Origin: Octopus sinensis
Lineage: Eukaryota
DNA: 64,000 bases
Assembly (NCBI RefSeq): GCF_006345805.1
Contig: NC_043008.1
Span: forward strand, 43,090,001-43,154,000
Direction of reading: 5' to 3'
Made by a program: the position numbers and the translations under genes
Part shown: positions 41,455 through 53,534 of the stretch, piece after piece
How positions within the stretch are numbered: position 1 is the stretch's first letter
How the letters are laid out: each line of letters starts with the position of its first letter
Notes under the pieces: model-generated
Told to the model about the DNA's origin: nothing
Database searches by the model: none
What the model saw: only the letters and a program-made list of their open reading frames with translations

Positions 41455-41678
41455 TTTCAAATTTTTGCCACAAGGGCAGCTTAGGAGAGGTGATTAAGTT
41501 GATTACATCGACTCCAGTGTGTAACTGGTACTTATTTAATCGATCCCGAAAGGATGAAAGGCAAAGTCGACCTCGGCGGAATTCAGAACATGAAGACGAA
41601 CTCAGAACGTGAAGACGGACGAAATACCGCTAAGCATTTCGTCCGGCGCACTAACGATGCTGCCAGTTCACTACCTTC
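41455..41678 (-). mobile_element. SINE family A (tail type iii) embedded in (TAA)n
   Basis: Family A body with an internal duplication tcagaacatgaagac / tcagaacgtgaagac that splits the B-box. Confidence 0.85.
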
Positions 41679-41728
<50 letters not shown>

Positions 41729-42094
41729 TGATGATGATGATGATGATGACGATGATGATAATGATGATAATAAATAATATTTCAAGATTGAAGATACTCT
41801 TCACGAAGGTAAAGAAACAAGAAAAAGAGCGCGACTGTTATTGGTAATAAATAGAGATTGAGTCTGTTTATTGAAATGAAAATGAAACGAATGAACAATA
41901 TTTCGACACTCCGTGTGTCTTTTACAAGTTGAAAATATAAAATGAATTTAAATTCAAAGATAGGAAACGCTCAAACATTCAAAATTATACCGGAATAACT
42001 GCGTTTCTTTCCAGGTAAAATGACGTTAGTCAAGGAAGGAAAGAAAGAAAAGAACAAAAGGAAAGAAAAGAATTGGAGAAGGACAAAATGATTC

Positions 42095-42640
42095 AGTCAA
42101 AACGTTTAGTGTAAATATGGTGGACTTCACCTGCGATTTTATTAATTCCTCCAGGCTGAGATGTCAACAGTCCACAAACGTATCTACCCTCGTGGGTTTT
42201 GGGGACTGAAAGTACAGTGGAGTGAGTCTTCCTTAAATTTACACCTGTTTGATGTGAAATGCTCCGCAAGTTCCGCGGAAACACTCGTTTTTGTAATCAT
42301 TCTCTTGTGCAACCAGCATAAATCCTTTTGTGTTCGGTGCATTCCGCTGCATACACCAAATAGAAATCCTCACAGGTCCCTCCTTCTGTGTAAATCATAA
42401 CATTTCTTTTTATAACTCTAGATGGTCTGACACATGTTATGGTACACCAAAAAGGGTTTACCTCTCTTATGGGTGTTTTTGGGGGTGCAGCGTTCAGAAA
42501 TTCTAATGGAGTTTTTATTAGAGGTACTGGTCAATATTTCTTTAATATTTTTATTAAGTCTAAAGGCTACAATAGGCGGAAGAGGAAATATTTGTCGGAA
42601 ATGAGGATATTTTTTTCTGAAATATGTTGCTAACTGTCAT
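42095..42640 (-). mobile_element. Penelope-like element fragment: RT-endonuclease linker and GIY-YIG domain
   Basis: Minus frame reads FRQIFPLPPIVAFRLNKNIKEIL ... RCTP...KRGKPFWCTITC ... EGGTCEDFYLVYAAECTEHKRIYAGCTRE*, then after a frameshift ELAEHF ... LTSQPGGIN. These are the PLE linker (IFP-x-PP-x-VAFR), GIY-YIG-like VY...Y-x-G-x-T and C-terminal L-x-T-x-x-P-x-G-x-N motifs. Confidence 0.82.
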
Positions 42641-42797
42641 GCAACACTTTTGAAATGCCAGCGAAACTTCGGTGCCAGTTAATCACTAAAGGAATACGGC
42701 CATAAGCGATTTTCTGACTGCTAAAATTAGGCGCGAAATACATACATACATACTCACACACACACACATACACCCCCCCCCCCATATATATATATAT

Positions 42798-42828
<31 letters not shown>

Positions 42829-43703
42829 TACACATATATATACATGTATACATATATATATGTATATGTATATATATTCATATATATATATATATATATA
42901 AATGTGAGGCTATTCAGCCATACTCATATATACATACATATTTTCACACACACACACATACACATACACACATTTATGTTTACAGGAAGTTAATTATATG
43001 ACCGGTAATAGAGTGACCAATGGTTTCCTTCCATAAAGCGTTTAGCCTTAAAGACCACTCATCAGATTGCAATGGCCACGGACATATAAACTCTCTTCAT
43101 ATAAAAGTATGTTTTATGTGTGTGTATATATATGTGTGTGTGTGTGTGTATGTATGCTTATATATATATACATACAAACATATGTATATATATATATATA
43201 GATATATATATATATATATATATATGTTTGTATGTATGTATACACGAGCGATAGCAACAGATGTATTTATATAAATATGTTCGTATAGTAAAATTAAAAC
43301 TAGAGATTTGTTTCTTATAATTACACAAAGCCTCGGCTTGTAACTAATTGTCTTCTGTTAATGCACAATACTTCTTCCTCTTATTTAATATATTCGATTA
43401 TCCTTACATGTACTGAACAGCGAATTTTCCAATACAAAAAAAAAATTAGAAAAAAATATTTAAATATTAACAAACTATAAAAATAACAAAATTTGAAAAT
43501 AATTTACATCAATAAAATACTGATAATATCCAATAAGTTCAGTTAAGCATATTCGCAGAACTGTAAAAAATTTCCAATACTAAAACTGAAGGAATCAATC
43601 GCAAACGAGAGAAATAATTTCGTTAGAAATAAAAAAAAAAAAATACAAAGAAATGGCATTCCCGCTGCTTCTTTTATTTACATCGTAAAATCAAGAAGTG
43701 TAG

Positions 43704-43716
43704 AGCGCCACCTGGT
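43704..43716 (-). promoter_or_regulatory. Candidate CTCF site
   Basis: Minus strand ACCAGGTGGCGCT matches the core of the CTCF consensus (CCASYAGRKGGCRS) in otherwise very AT-rich unique DNA. Motif match only. Confidence 0.35.
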
Positions 43717-44489
43717 AATTAGCAATCACAACACAATTTTTAATTCGTAATTTAAATTCTTATATATTTAGTTGTTTTTAGTTGATTAGAGAAATTCCTA
43801 GGAATCTTTTCGCTCGGTAATATATGCAATTTGGTACAATTCTAGAAGATGGTTACAATGTTTGTAACTAAATGTAGGGAAACTTTTCTTCTTTCGTTGT
43901 ATAAGAAAATTTATGTAAAACATTTGGCCAATACGAACGTCTCAACGTTGAATTGGTTCACAGTTGTTTGATTATCGAAATAAGAATAAGGAAATACAGA
44001 CGCATAACAAGATGCACGCGAGAATACATACAGATACAAACCCACACGCAAATACACAGCAAGATGATAAACAGAGAGAGTGAAGAGAGAGAGAGAGAGA
44101 GAGAGAGTGAGAGAGAGTGAGAGAGAGAGAGAGAGAGAGACTGAAGGTAATTGTTGCTGAAGCAATAGTATTCAATTTAATTTCAATACGATTTTCATGG
44201 CGTGTAAACGAGGGAAATAAGTAGATGTTGCTAATATATCGATGCAGCACATTCTCCGGAAATATTTAGAGAGCAGCTGGGGCAGAAAGGGACGACGTTT
44301 TGGAGAGCAAAACTAAACGTATTAAATGCAAGGTGAGGGAGTTTCTAATTATATATTGCAAAGTAAACTGACCCTCCCTCGCCCTTTGTGGTCGTTCAAA
44401 ATACTAAAAACACTGGTTGAATTATCTAAAATCTAGCGTTATTATATTGGATACAGAGGACATATTGCGCATTGTAGTCCTAGCTGTAA

Positions 44490-44812
44490 CTGGTCCTCCG
44501 TCGTTTACCAAGAGTATTCCAGTTGGTTTGATCAGCGGAACAACCTGTTTGTGAAGTTAACGTACAAGTGGCTGCGTACTTCACACACACGCGTACCATT
44601 AATGTAGCTCTCAGGGAGATTTAGCGTGACACAGACTGGGACAAGGACGTGTCCTTTTGAATTACAGGCACAACTCCTTTTTGCTAGCTGAGCGGATTGG
44701 ATCAATGTGAAATAAAATGTCTTGCTGAAGGACACGACACATCGCCGTGAATTGAGATCACGGTCTTAGGATCAGGAGTCAAGAACTCGAGCTACTAAGC
44801 TACGTACCTTCC
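44490..44812 (-). mobile_element. SINE family B (head type 1), decayed full length
   Basis: Shared body, central domain aaataaaatgtcttgctgaaggacac and tRNA-like head remnant (gctactaagctacg). Confidence 0.75.
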
Positions 44813-45025
44813 CCTTCCTAGCTCTACAATAGCACGGGGTAGTCAGAATTGGAGTGCTTTTGACCAATGATATAGAAGCAAAGATGGCTGAGCTGCTAAG
44901 AATTTCGCTTTATAATCACTTGATTTCCACAACGATCTACCTGCGACTCAGCTTGGGTGAGTGTTTCAACTCCTTCTTAGACTGAACTAATATCATGTGA
45001 GTAGAATGTGGAAGACGAACAGAAG

Positions 45026-45079
<54 letters not shown>

Positions 45080-45304
45080 CGGTGATGTACTTGCACAGCA
45101 AGTGATCTCATCTGAGATCGTGTGCAGAACCAAAAACAATTGCAGCGTGGAAGGTGTGTGTAAGAAACACACAAAAACCGTTAGATTCACTTCAACATTT
45201 AAATTTAATTTGTCAAAATATTTTCGTCGCTTTGAGACCGCGATCTGTCTTTTAAATGGCTTATAAGCACCTTTATAAGCAATTGTTTATATATATATAT
45301 GCTT

Positions 45305-45560
45305 TTACTATTTTACTTCTTTCAGTCATTGGACTGCGGTCATGCTGGAGCACCGTCTTTTAATCGAACAAATCGACCCCAGGACTTATTCTTTGTAAGC
45401 CTAGTACTTATTCTATCTGTCACTTTTACTGAACCGCTAATTTACGGGGACGTAAACAAACCAACATTAGTTGTCAAACGATGGTGGGGGACGCACAAAC
45501 ATATACATACATACATACATACATACATGCATACATATATACATACATACACACAGACAC

Positions 45561-45602
<42 letters not shown>

Positions 45603-45720
45603 GACAGGCTTTTTTCAGTTTCCGTCTACCAAATCCACAGACAAGACTTTGGTCGGCCCGAGGTTATCGTAGAAGATACTTGCCCAAGGTGCTATGCCGT
45701 GGGAATGAACCCGGAACTCT
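45305..45720 (-). mobile_element. SINE family C with internal microsatellite and LINE-derived tail
   Basis: Minus strand: ccgggttcattcccacggcatagcaccttgggcaagtatcttct ... ggtagacggaaactgaaaa, (TA/TG)n, ... tail gacggtgctccagcatgaccgcagtccaatgactgaaa. Confidence 0.85.
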
Positions 45721-46142
45721 AGTTTTCTTTCTCGCTATATTAAATATATTGGCGTCAATTTAGCGAACTGGTTTCCGGGCAGATGGTGGCATCCGTAGTC
45801 GAGCTGCAGGACATCATTCAATGAAGACAAATAGAAAAGCAGTGAAACTTATGCGTCTGCGAATAATCCCACCAAGAAGTTATCACCCTGATGTTCAAAG
45901 ATGCGGAGAAGAAATGATTCTCCACAAGCACTGGATCATATTCGAGGGAATCTGAGTCCTATGGACCCACCGAAGCTACGGAAACGTTTCAGCTAAAACA
46001 AGGGATCTGCACAGAGATGGTTGGCGTAACAACTAGTTGGTGCACTGAACAGAGATTCAAACACCAATGATTTGCTCACACACTTCAAGGCCATCTGAGT
46101 GGCGAATAAAATACGCGCAGTGCCAAAGTTAGGGACCAGGGT

Positions 46143-46256
46143 AAGGCGGTGAGCTGGCAGAATCGTTCGCATACAGGGTACCCTTACTAGACGGGTAGTC
46201 ATGATGGGTATACTGGGCTTCGTGTCACTTTGATGGCATGCACTGCTCTCTCACTC
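46143..46256 (+). mobile_element. Chimera: SINE family A head fused to the 3' end of the (TAA)n retroposon
   Basis: aaggcggtgagctggcagaatcgtt (46143-46167), then gtacccttactagacgggtagtcatgatgggtatactgggcttcgt ... ctctcactc, as at 46778-46872. Confidence 0.75.
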
Positions 46257-46319
<63 letters not shown>

Positions 46320-46872
46320 TGCCCTGATGCAGTACCAGACAGTGGCTCTCATGACTTCTGATCTTAACTGATTGGAAGTGTTACCATGTACATTGTTTTG
46401 TCTTGGAATAAAAGATGGGCTACAGCAAATATTCTGCTCAATACCACAGATTTGCTTGTCAGTTGTTTGACCTTAACCAGTTGACCATGTCCCTTAGTGG
46501 CTGACGATATATGCATCTCTGATCACGAGCAGAAGTAGTGGGGGAGCATCATAGCCATGTGTTGAGAGGGATTCTTTGGGGTTTGAATAATTCACCTCTG
46601 GAAAAAAGTGTTTCATTCAACATCCTTAAACGATCCTTCTTCAGGGACCTTTTGAGTGGGATGGGTTACTCGACCAGAAGAAAATTCTAATTGGGCCCCA
46701 CCTGCAAGGTCATGTGCTGTTTATCTTGATATGAGATCACCATGTCGCGCATATATGGTTGTGATGCATGTGCCTGGTGTACCCTTATCAGACGGGTGGT
46801 CATGATGGGTATACTGAGCTTCGTATATTTTACCCCAGTCTCACTTAGATGGCATGCACTGCTCTCTCACTC
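46320..46872 (+). mobile_element. ~550-bp non-autonomous retroposon flanked by (TAA)n on both sides
   Basis: Begins right after a (TAA)n tract and ends gcactgctctctcactc plus (AAT)n. The same 3' terminus occurs at 22402-22451 and 46178-46256. No ORF and no clear tRNA boxes. Confidence 0.75.
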
Positions 46873-46885
46873 AATAATAATAATA

Positions 46886-46926
<41 letters not shown>

Positions 46927-46928
<2 letters not shown>

Positions 46929-47124
46929 CCTTGCTACTATAGGCACAAGGCCTGACATTTGGGGAAGGGGGATAGTCGATTGCATCGACCCTATTACTCA
47001 ACTGGTACTTGATTTATCCATCCCTCGAGAGGGTGAAAGGCAAAGTCGATCTCAGCGGAATTTGAACTCAGAACGAAAGACAGACTAAGCATTTCGCCCG
47101 GCGTGCTAACGCTTCTACCACCTC
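46927..47124 (-). mobile_element. SINE family A inside the (TAA)n tract
   Basis: Tail ataggcacaaggcc, body gaaaggcaaagtcga ... gaatttgaactcagaac, AAT repeats on both sides. Confidence 0.85.
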
Positions 47125-48124
47125 AATAATAATTATGATAGTAAAGCGACCGCTTCGCAAACTAAACTGAATTCTATGGCAGAATAAAACGCGAAGCTAC
47201 AAATTCAATTGTGTCTGTCTTCCGAGCTTAATTAGAGCACAATGAATCGAAGTAGTTCCAATTCCCTGTTGAATCCATTTCGTTTACGTTGATCAGTTCG
47301 GTTCTTAAGAACAGCGTCAATGATTACATAATGCCATATCATATTCTATTCTCACTGTAAAATTGTGATTTTCTACCATTGGTAAAAAAAATCGATCTTT
47401 TGTCCTATTTTCTATTGAGTGAAAGATTTTTTATTCGTATTTTTTATTTCCTTTTACAAGTAGGAAATGGTTGTTAAATCCTTTAAGCAGTTTGGGCAGA
47501 AAAAAATAATATATAAACACATAGATACGGAAACAGAGATACATATAATCACATACACCCACACGCAAACACATGCACAGTCGCACATACATGCAATTAA
47601 GGTACACACACACAAACACACCGATACACACACATACAAACATACAGTCTCACACGCACACATGCAAATCAGATACACAGAGACACGCAACCACACAGAA
47701 GCACACACACCTACACTAATAAACACATAAATTCACAGGCCAAAAACACACTCACACATACACACATACATACACATGCAGCTAAGATACACATACACGG
47801 AAATATGTCCGCACTTTTGCTGGTAATCACACATTTGCTCATTTACTCCCCAAGATCAGAATCCGAGATAGAAGACAGCAGATCGAGATGAAAACCCCAT
47901 TAACAACGGCAGCAGTAGCAGCGACAGCAGCAACAGAGGTAGCAGCAACAGCAGCAGTAGCAGCAGCAGCAGTAGCAGCAGCAGCAGTAGCAGCAGCAGC
48001 AGTAGCAGCAGCAGTAGCAGCAGCAGTAGCATAAAGATTTTAAAGATATACAATTTCGTAGAAATACTTAAGTTGTAGTAAAGATAACAGAACATCATTA
48101 GTTACTACTACTACTACTACTACG

Positions 48125-48177
<53 letters not shown>

Positions 48178-48408
48178 GGCTGCTGCTGCTTCGCCGCCAT
48201 CCCTAGCACTACGACCAGGGGATGCATAGCAAGGTTATCGCTTTCTTCCATTTTTTGCCTCGTTAATGATTTGGTGGGAGGGGGGCTTAAAGGGATCGAT
48301 GATGTATCGATATGACACTAATAACAACAATAACCATACTAATGATAAGAACAACAGCAACGATAACAGCAATAACAACCATCACGTCCTCAACATCAAT
48401 AAAAATGA

Positions 48409-48487
<79 letters not shown>

Positions 48488-48701
48488 TAATAATAATAAT
48501 GATGATGATACTCGCTGTGAGAGCTGTTACTGCCCATGTATTTTAATTTAACCTTAAAAAATGAACGAACTATTGAGTTTGGTTTAATGGCCTACCAATG
48601 TATACTATGAGTTTCTTTGCCCTAGGAGTCGGGAAGACGCTCGGCAAGAAATGGAAGCAAATTTGAAAGAAGAAAAAAAAAACAACAACAATAATAATAA
48701 T

Positions 48702-48760
<59 letters not shown>

Positions 48761-48989
48761 TGTGAGTAATTTAAAAATAAATAAATTGAATAAAAAGTGG
48801 ATAAAATAAAATATATCGAAGGAAAAGGATGGAAATCGAAATGACGAGAGAAAGGAAATTTGGAGGGAAACTTGAAATAAGCAGGATAAGTCAAATATGG
48901 CGGTTTTGTATTTGGATTTTATATCATTTAAATGTTAAGTGAACTTTTGAATCACTTTGTTGAGTGAGAAAACATACGAAATATAAAGT

Positions 48990-49618
48990 AGTCCATCTTT
49001 GTGTCACTGTTGCGCTCCGTTGGTTACGACAACGAGGGTTCCAGTTGATTCGATCAACGGAACAGCCTGCTCGTGAAATTATGAGATTTAAGAGATTTCC
49101 ACAATGTATTTGTCTCTTCAACACTTCGCACATCTTTGATTATTACGACGCCCAAGATATGGGATTTCTGTGTTTTTAATAAGAGTAATGTACGAGGGAT
49201 TTGCTCCGATTCATTTCTGATTATTCTTATCCGTGCTTTGGTCTGTTACGTTCTTAATATGGTCGTTGTTTCTATCTTTGATATTACTATGACACTCCGT
49301 GCAAGTGGCAGAGCACTCCACAGACACGTGTACTCTTAACGTAGTTCTCGGGAGGAGATTCAGTGTAAGACAAAGTGTGACAAGGTTGGTCCTTCGAAAT
49401 ATAGGTAGAACAGAAACAGGAAGAAAGAGTGAGAGAAAGTTGTAGTGAAAGAGTACAGCAGGGTTCGCCACCACCACCACCACAAACATGCCGGAGCCTC
49501 GAGGGGATTTAGGTGTTTTCGCTCAATAGACACTCACAACGTCGGGTCTGGGAATCGAAACCGCGATCATACGACCGCGAATCCATTGCCCTAACCACTG
49601 GGCCATTGCGTTTCCACA
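48990..49618 (-). mobile_element. SINE family B (head type 2) interrupted by a ~218-bp insertion
   Basis: Head on minus strand GTGGAAACGCAATGGCCCAGTGGTTAGGGC ... GGTTTCGATTCCCAGAC, homologous to 492-790. The body is split at gtgaaatt | gtgcaagtgg by 49081-49298. Confidence 0.85.
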
Positions 49619-50480
49619 TTTAATGGATATACACATTTGAAAGAGTGATGCACTCGCTTTTGATTGAGAAAAAATTTCTGCATGGTCATGTTGCGTGAAA
49701 AACACAGAAGGCATTGAAGTGAGGTGAATATGTCCCAGGAGTGGTTCACAACAACGTCAGACGTGTTTCAGCTTACTTAGGCCTTGTTGATGACGTGTGA
49801 CTGATTGTCACACGCTTAAACGGAATTCGTCTCCAGTGACGCATAAAGAACAGAGTAATACAATCACTGATGTTGCAGAAAACTCGCTGGGCAGAAATAA
49901 ACTCAGTGAACGCAATTGAAACAGTATTAAATTAAAATAGTTTAGAGCTGGAATTTATTTTTAATTATGATATATTGCTAAATCATCGACAACAATAAGA
50001 ACGACAATAGCAACGGCAAAAAATAGCAACCACCTTTACGACAGCAATATCACCAATGCCAGGTGCAACAACAAGAACAACCACTACAACTGTAACAACA
50101 GATGCAACAGCAATAATAGCCGCAGCTGCAACTACACCAACATTAATCCTCACCACTAATGGAACCATCCTTTTAACTAAATCAAGTTTTCTAAAGTTCA
50201 ATGTCCCGAATTGCTCAAGTCGTTCAACCGTAACTGTACAAACTTGAGCTCTTCAAAGCTTTAAATATGAATAGTGTTGTGTCTCAGAGTTCCCAGGTAT
50301 GTGCGGCTCTTCAGGTGAACGGAAAAACCGAGAAGCGACGACGGAAATGATGAATATTTTTTGTTTAATAAATAAATTCTACTTTATGAATTCAGAAGTC
50401 TTTTTCAATTTATGAAGGCTTAACGATGTATGAAAAACGTGTGTGAATGTGTGATGGTATATTTAAGATAGTATCTTTTA

Positions 50481-50528
50481 GCTTTTACTAGTTTCAGTCC
50501 AGGGCTGAGGCCATGCTGGTGCGCCACC
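50481..50528 (-). mobile_element. SINE family C / CR1-type tail fragment
   Basis: Minus strand ggtggcgcaccagcatggcctcagccctggactgaaactagtaaaag. Confidence 0.55.
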
Positions 50529-50714
50529 TGTAGTTATTCGTTGTTGTTTTCTGTATTGTTTTTGGTGAAGTAGTGAGTTGCTGGACGGAGCTGCTCTTCT
50601 TTGCGTCTCCTGCCGCGATGTTGGTTCATCTGGTATCTAAGATAGAAACCTGTCCAGACGTTACTTTATGCATGTAACATTGTATGTGTGTATATATGTA
50701 GTGTATATGTATGC

Positions 50715-50768
<54 letters not shown>

Positions 50769-50914
50769 ATATATATGCACATACACACACAGGCAGCTAT
50801 CTATCTATATATCTATCTATCTACCATCTATCTATCTGCCTGTCTGTCGGTCAGTCTGTCTATCTATCTATCTATCTATCTATCTATCAATATATCTATC
50901 TATCTATCTATCTA

Positions 50915-50961
<47 letters not shown>

Positions 50962-51579
50962 GTTTGTATGTACGCATGTATATCTGTTTATGCATGCATA
51001 TGTGTATGTATATGTACATAACACATACAGACGCACACACACACACACACATATCGAGAGGGAGAAAGAAAGACAGAGACGCATACATATATGTCTACAC
51101 GCACACACATATAAACATACAATGTAGAATATATATATATATATATATATATATAAAGGAAATAAAAGTATCCGTATATTGAATTACGGAAATATGTGCA
51201 AATATACAGACGTCCAAATATACATGCGCACGCATCTTATGTGTGTGTTTATACACACACACTCTGACTGATAAATGGATAAGAAGGTAGACATAAATAC
51301 AAATTGTAAGCAAACGCCTAAAACGTTTCCTCCATTTTAACTCCGCTCTCTTCATCAGAGAAAAAGAAAAACCAATCATCATCTTAAACCTGAACATCTC
51401 CAAGTAGGTCGATCTATCAATCAACATCTATTAATTGATAGAAACCTAATCATTGCAGTAGAAACTCCTCTATCATTATTGACCTTGTTACTGAGTCAAT
51501 CTCGAAAATCATCGCCACTTTTATTATTAATAGTTGTTGTTGTTGCTGTTGTTGTTGTTCTTCTTCTCCTTCTTCATAT

Positions 51580-52075
51580 CACATATTATTATTATTATTA
51601 CTATTATCATTATATATCATCATCATTCATCTCATCATCATTATTATTATTATATTATTTTTATTATTATTATTATTATTATTATTAGATTATTATTATT
51701 ATTATATTATTATTATTATTACTATTATTATATATTATTATTATTATTATTTTATTATTATTATTATTTTTTTGTTGTTTTGTTGTTGTTGTATCATTAT
51801 TATTACTACTATATATTATTATTATTATTATTATTATTATATTATTATTATTTTTATTATTATTATTATATTATTATTATTGTTGTTGTTTGTTGTTGTG
51901 TTATCATATTATTACTACTATTATAATTATTATATTATTATTATTATTATTATATTATTTTTATTATTATTATATTATTATTATTATATTATTATTATTA
52001 TTATATTATTATTATTATTATTATTATGTTGTTGTTTTTGTTGTTGTTGTTATCATTATTATTACTACTATTATA

Positions 52076-52151
<76 letters not shown>

Positions 52152-52205
52152 TATTATTATTATTATTATTATTATCGTCGTCGTCGTCGTCGTTGTTGTT
52201 GTTGT
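51580..52205. repeat. Compound (TAT)n/(GTT)n trinucleotide array
   Basis: About 600 bp of imperfect TAT repeats with GTT, CAT and GTC blocks. Confidence 0.95.
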
Positions 52206-52523
52206 TATTTCTTCCAGCCTGTGTGCTGTGTTGTTATTCCTAGACTCGTTCCTGTTTGCTACACAGTAATCTTGTTTCACATCAGAATCTGAGTAGCGCC
52301 ATACTTATTTTCTCTAGCGGACATTATTGAGAGACGGTGCATGTTCGTGTATATCTATGTACGCTGCTGCACACACATACACAAACATGCACACACTCAG
52401 ACACACACACACACACACACACACATGAAGAGAGAGAGGTGTATATATAGAAGCATATATATATATACAAATATGTAAATATATATCTCTCTCTGTCCCA
52501 CACTCTGTCTCTCTGTCTCTGTC

Positions 52524-52562
<39 letters not shown>

Positions 52563-52712
52563 TATGTTAATCCAAACATAAAAACATAAAAACACAAAGA
52601 GAAAACACAAAAACGCGAGTACGTGGAACAAGTATAGTATTATTGGACGCTCATATATATATATATATATATATATACTTTATTAATAAAGCTGCAAGAT
52701 ACATCACAAAAG

Positions 52713-52750
52713 CTGTTACTCAGAGTTTCACGTTCTCGTTCTTTGGACAG
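52713..52750 (-). ncRNA. Decayed hammerhead-like motif
   Basis: CTGT-CCAAAGA-ACG(AGAA)CGT-GAAAC-TCTGA-GTA-ACAG. All three stems are in correct topology, but the core has U4C and G5A changes. Confidence 0.55.
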
Positions 52751-52767
52751 TTTTGGTTGAGATTCTC

Positions 52768-52856
52768 AAGTAATTAGAAGAATCTAGGCAGGAGAATAAT
52801 ATTCACAACTGACGGTTGTGAACATCATTCTCCTGCCTATATTCTTCTAACTACTT
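52768..52856. repeat. 42-bp-arm inverted repeat with 5-nt loop
   Basis: Arms 52768-52809 and 52815-52856, loop TGACG, four mismatches. Confidence 0.95.
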
Positions 52857-52948
52857 TTACTCTTCATTCTTCTATTTTATTCTTTGTAAATTGTGAATTT
52901 TATTTCTTGAAAACTGTAAATTTTCCCCGTATAAAATATCCATACCTT

Positions 52949-53032
52949 GTCTCTGATGACGGAATACCCATTACACGGACATGGTAACCAACCAACCAAC
53001 CACTTGGGTTATCCCAGAAACGGCTGTAAGGC
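52949..53032 (+). ncRNA. Hammerhead ribozyme motif with intact core and long stem II
   Basis: GTCT-CTGATGA-[C GGAATACCC ... (ACCA)n ... GGGTTATCC CA]-GAAAC-GGCT-GTA-AGGC. Stem I GUCU/AGGC, stem III AC-GGCU-GU, GUA cleavage triplet. Base of stem II is non-canonical. Confidence 0.6.
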
Positions 53033-53198
53033 TTCATATTCACATTACCCTAATTAAATCATTGTAAATGACTTGAGATACTCGTTCTCCCTTGGTTTTA
53101 ATTTTTCCTCTAATACAATAATATAATATAATAGAATATAATATAATATAATATAAATATAATTATATAATATAATATGATATGATATAATATATATG

Positions 53199-53289
<91 letters not shown>

Positions 53290-53493
53290 ATAATATATTA
53301 TATATATATATTGGAAGGTTTGGAGATGATATACAGGTATTATATATTAGAAAAAATGATGAGGTAATCAGAACGGATGGTTCATATTATAGATATTTAT
53401 TTATATATTACATTTTACATATATATATCTATCATATCATTCAGATCATATCATTCGGATTATTAGGCTTTCTCCCATTCCAGTGGGGGTTTT

Positions 53494-53534
<41 letters not shown>

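Noticed and set aside
45740-46135. GC-richer stretch as a decayed LINE RT fragment
   Set aside because: Only vague motif similarity (KYIG) with no run of diagnostic residues. Needs TBLASTX.
51318-51362. Minus-strand CTGATGA...GAAACGTT as a hammerhead
   Set aside because: The core strings are present but neither stem I nor stem II can be formed.
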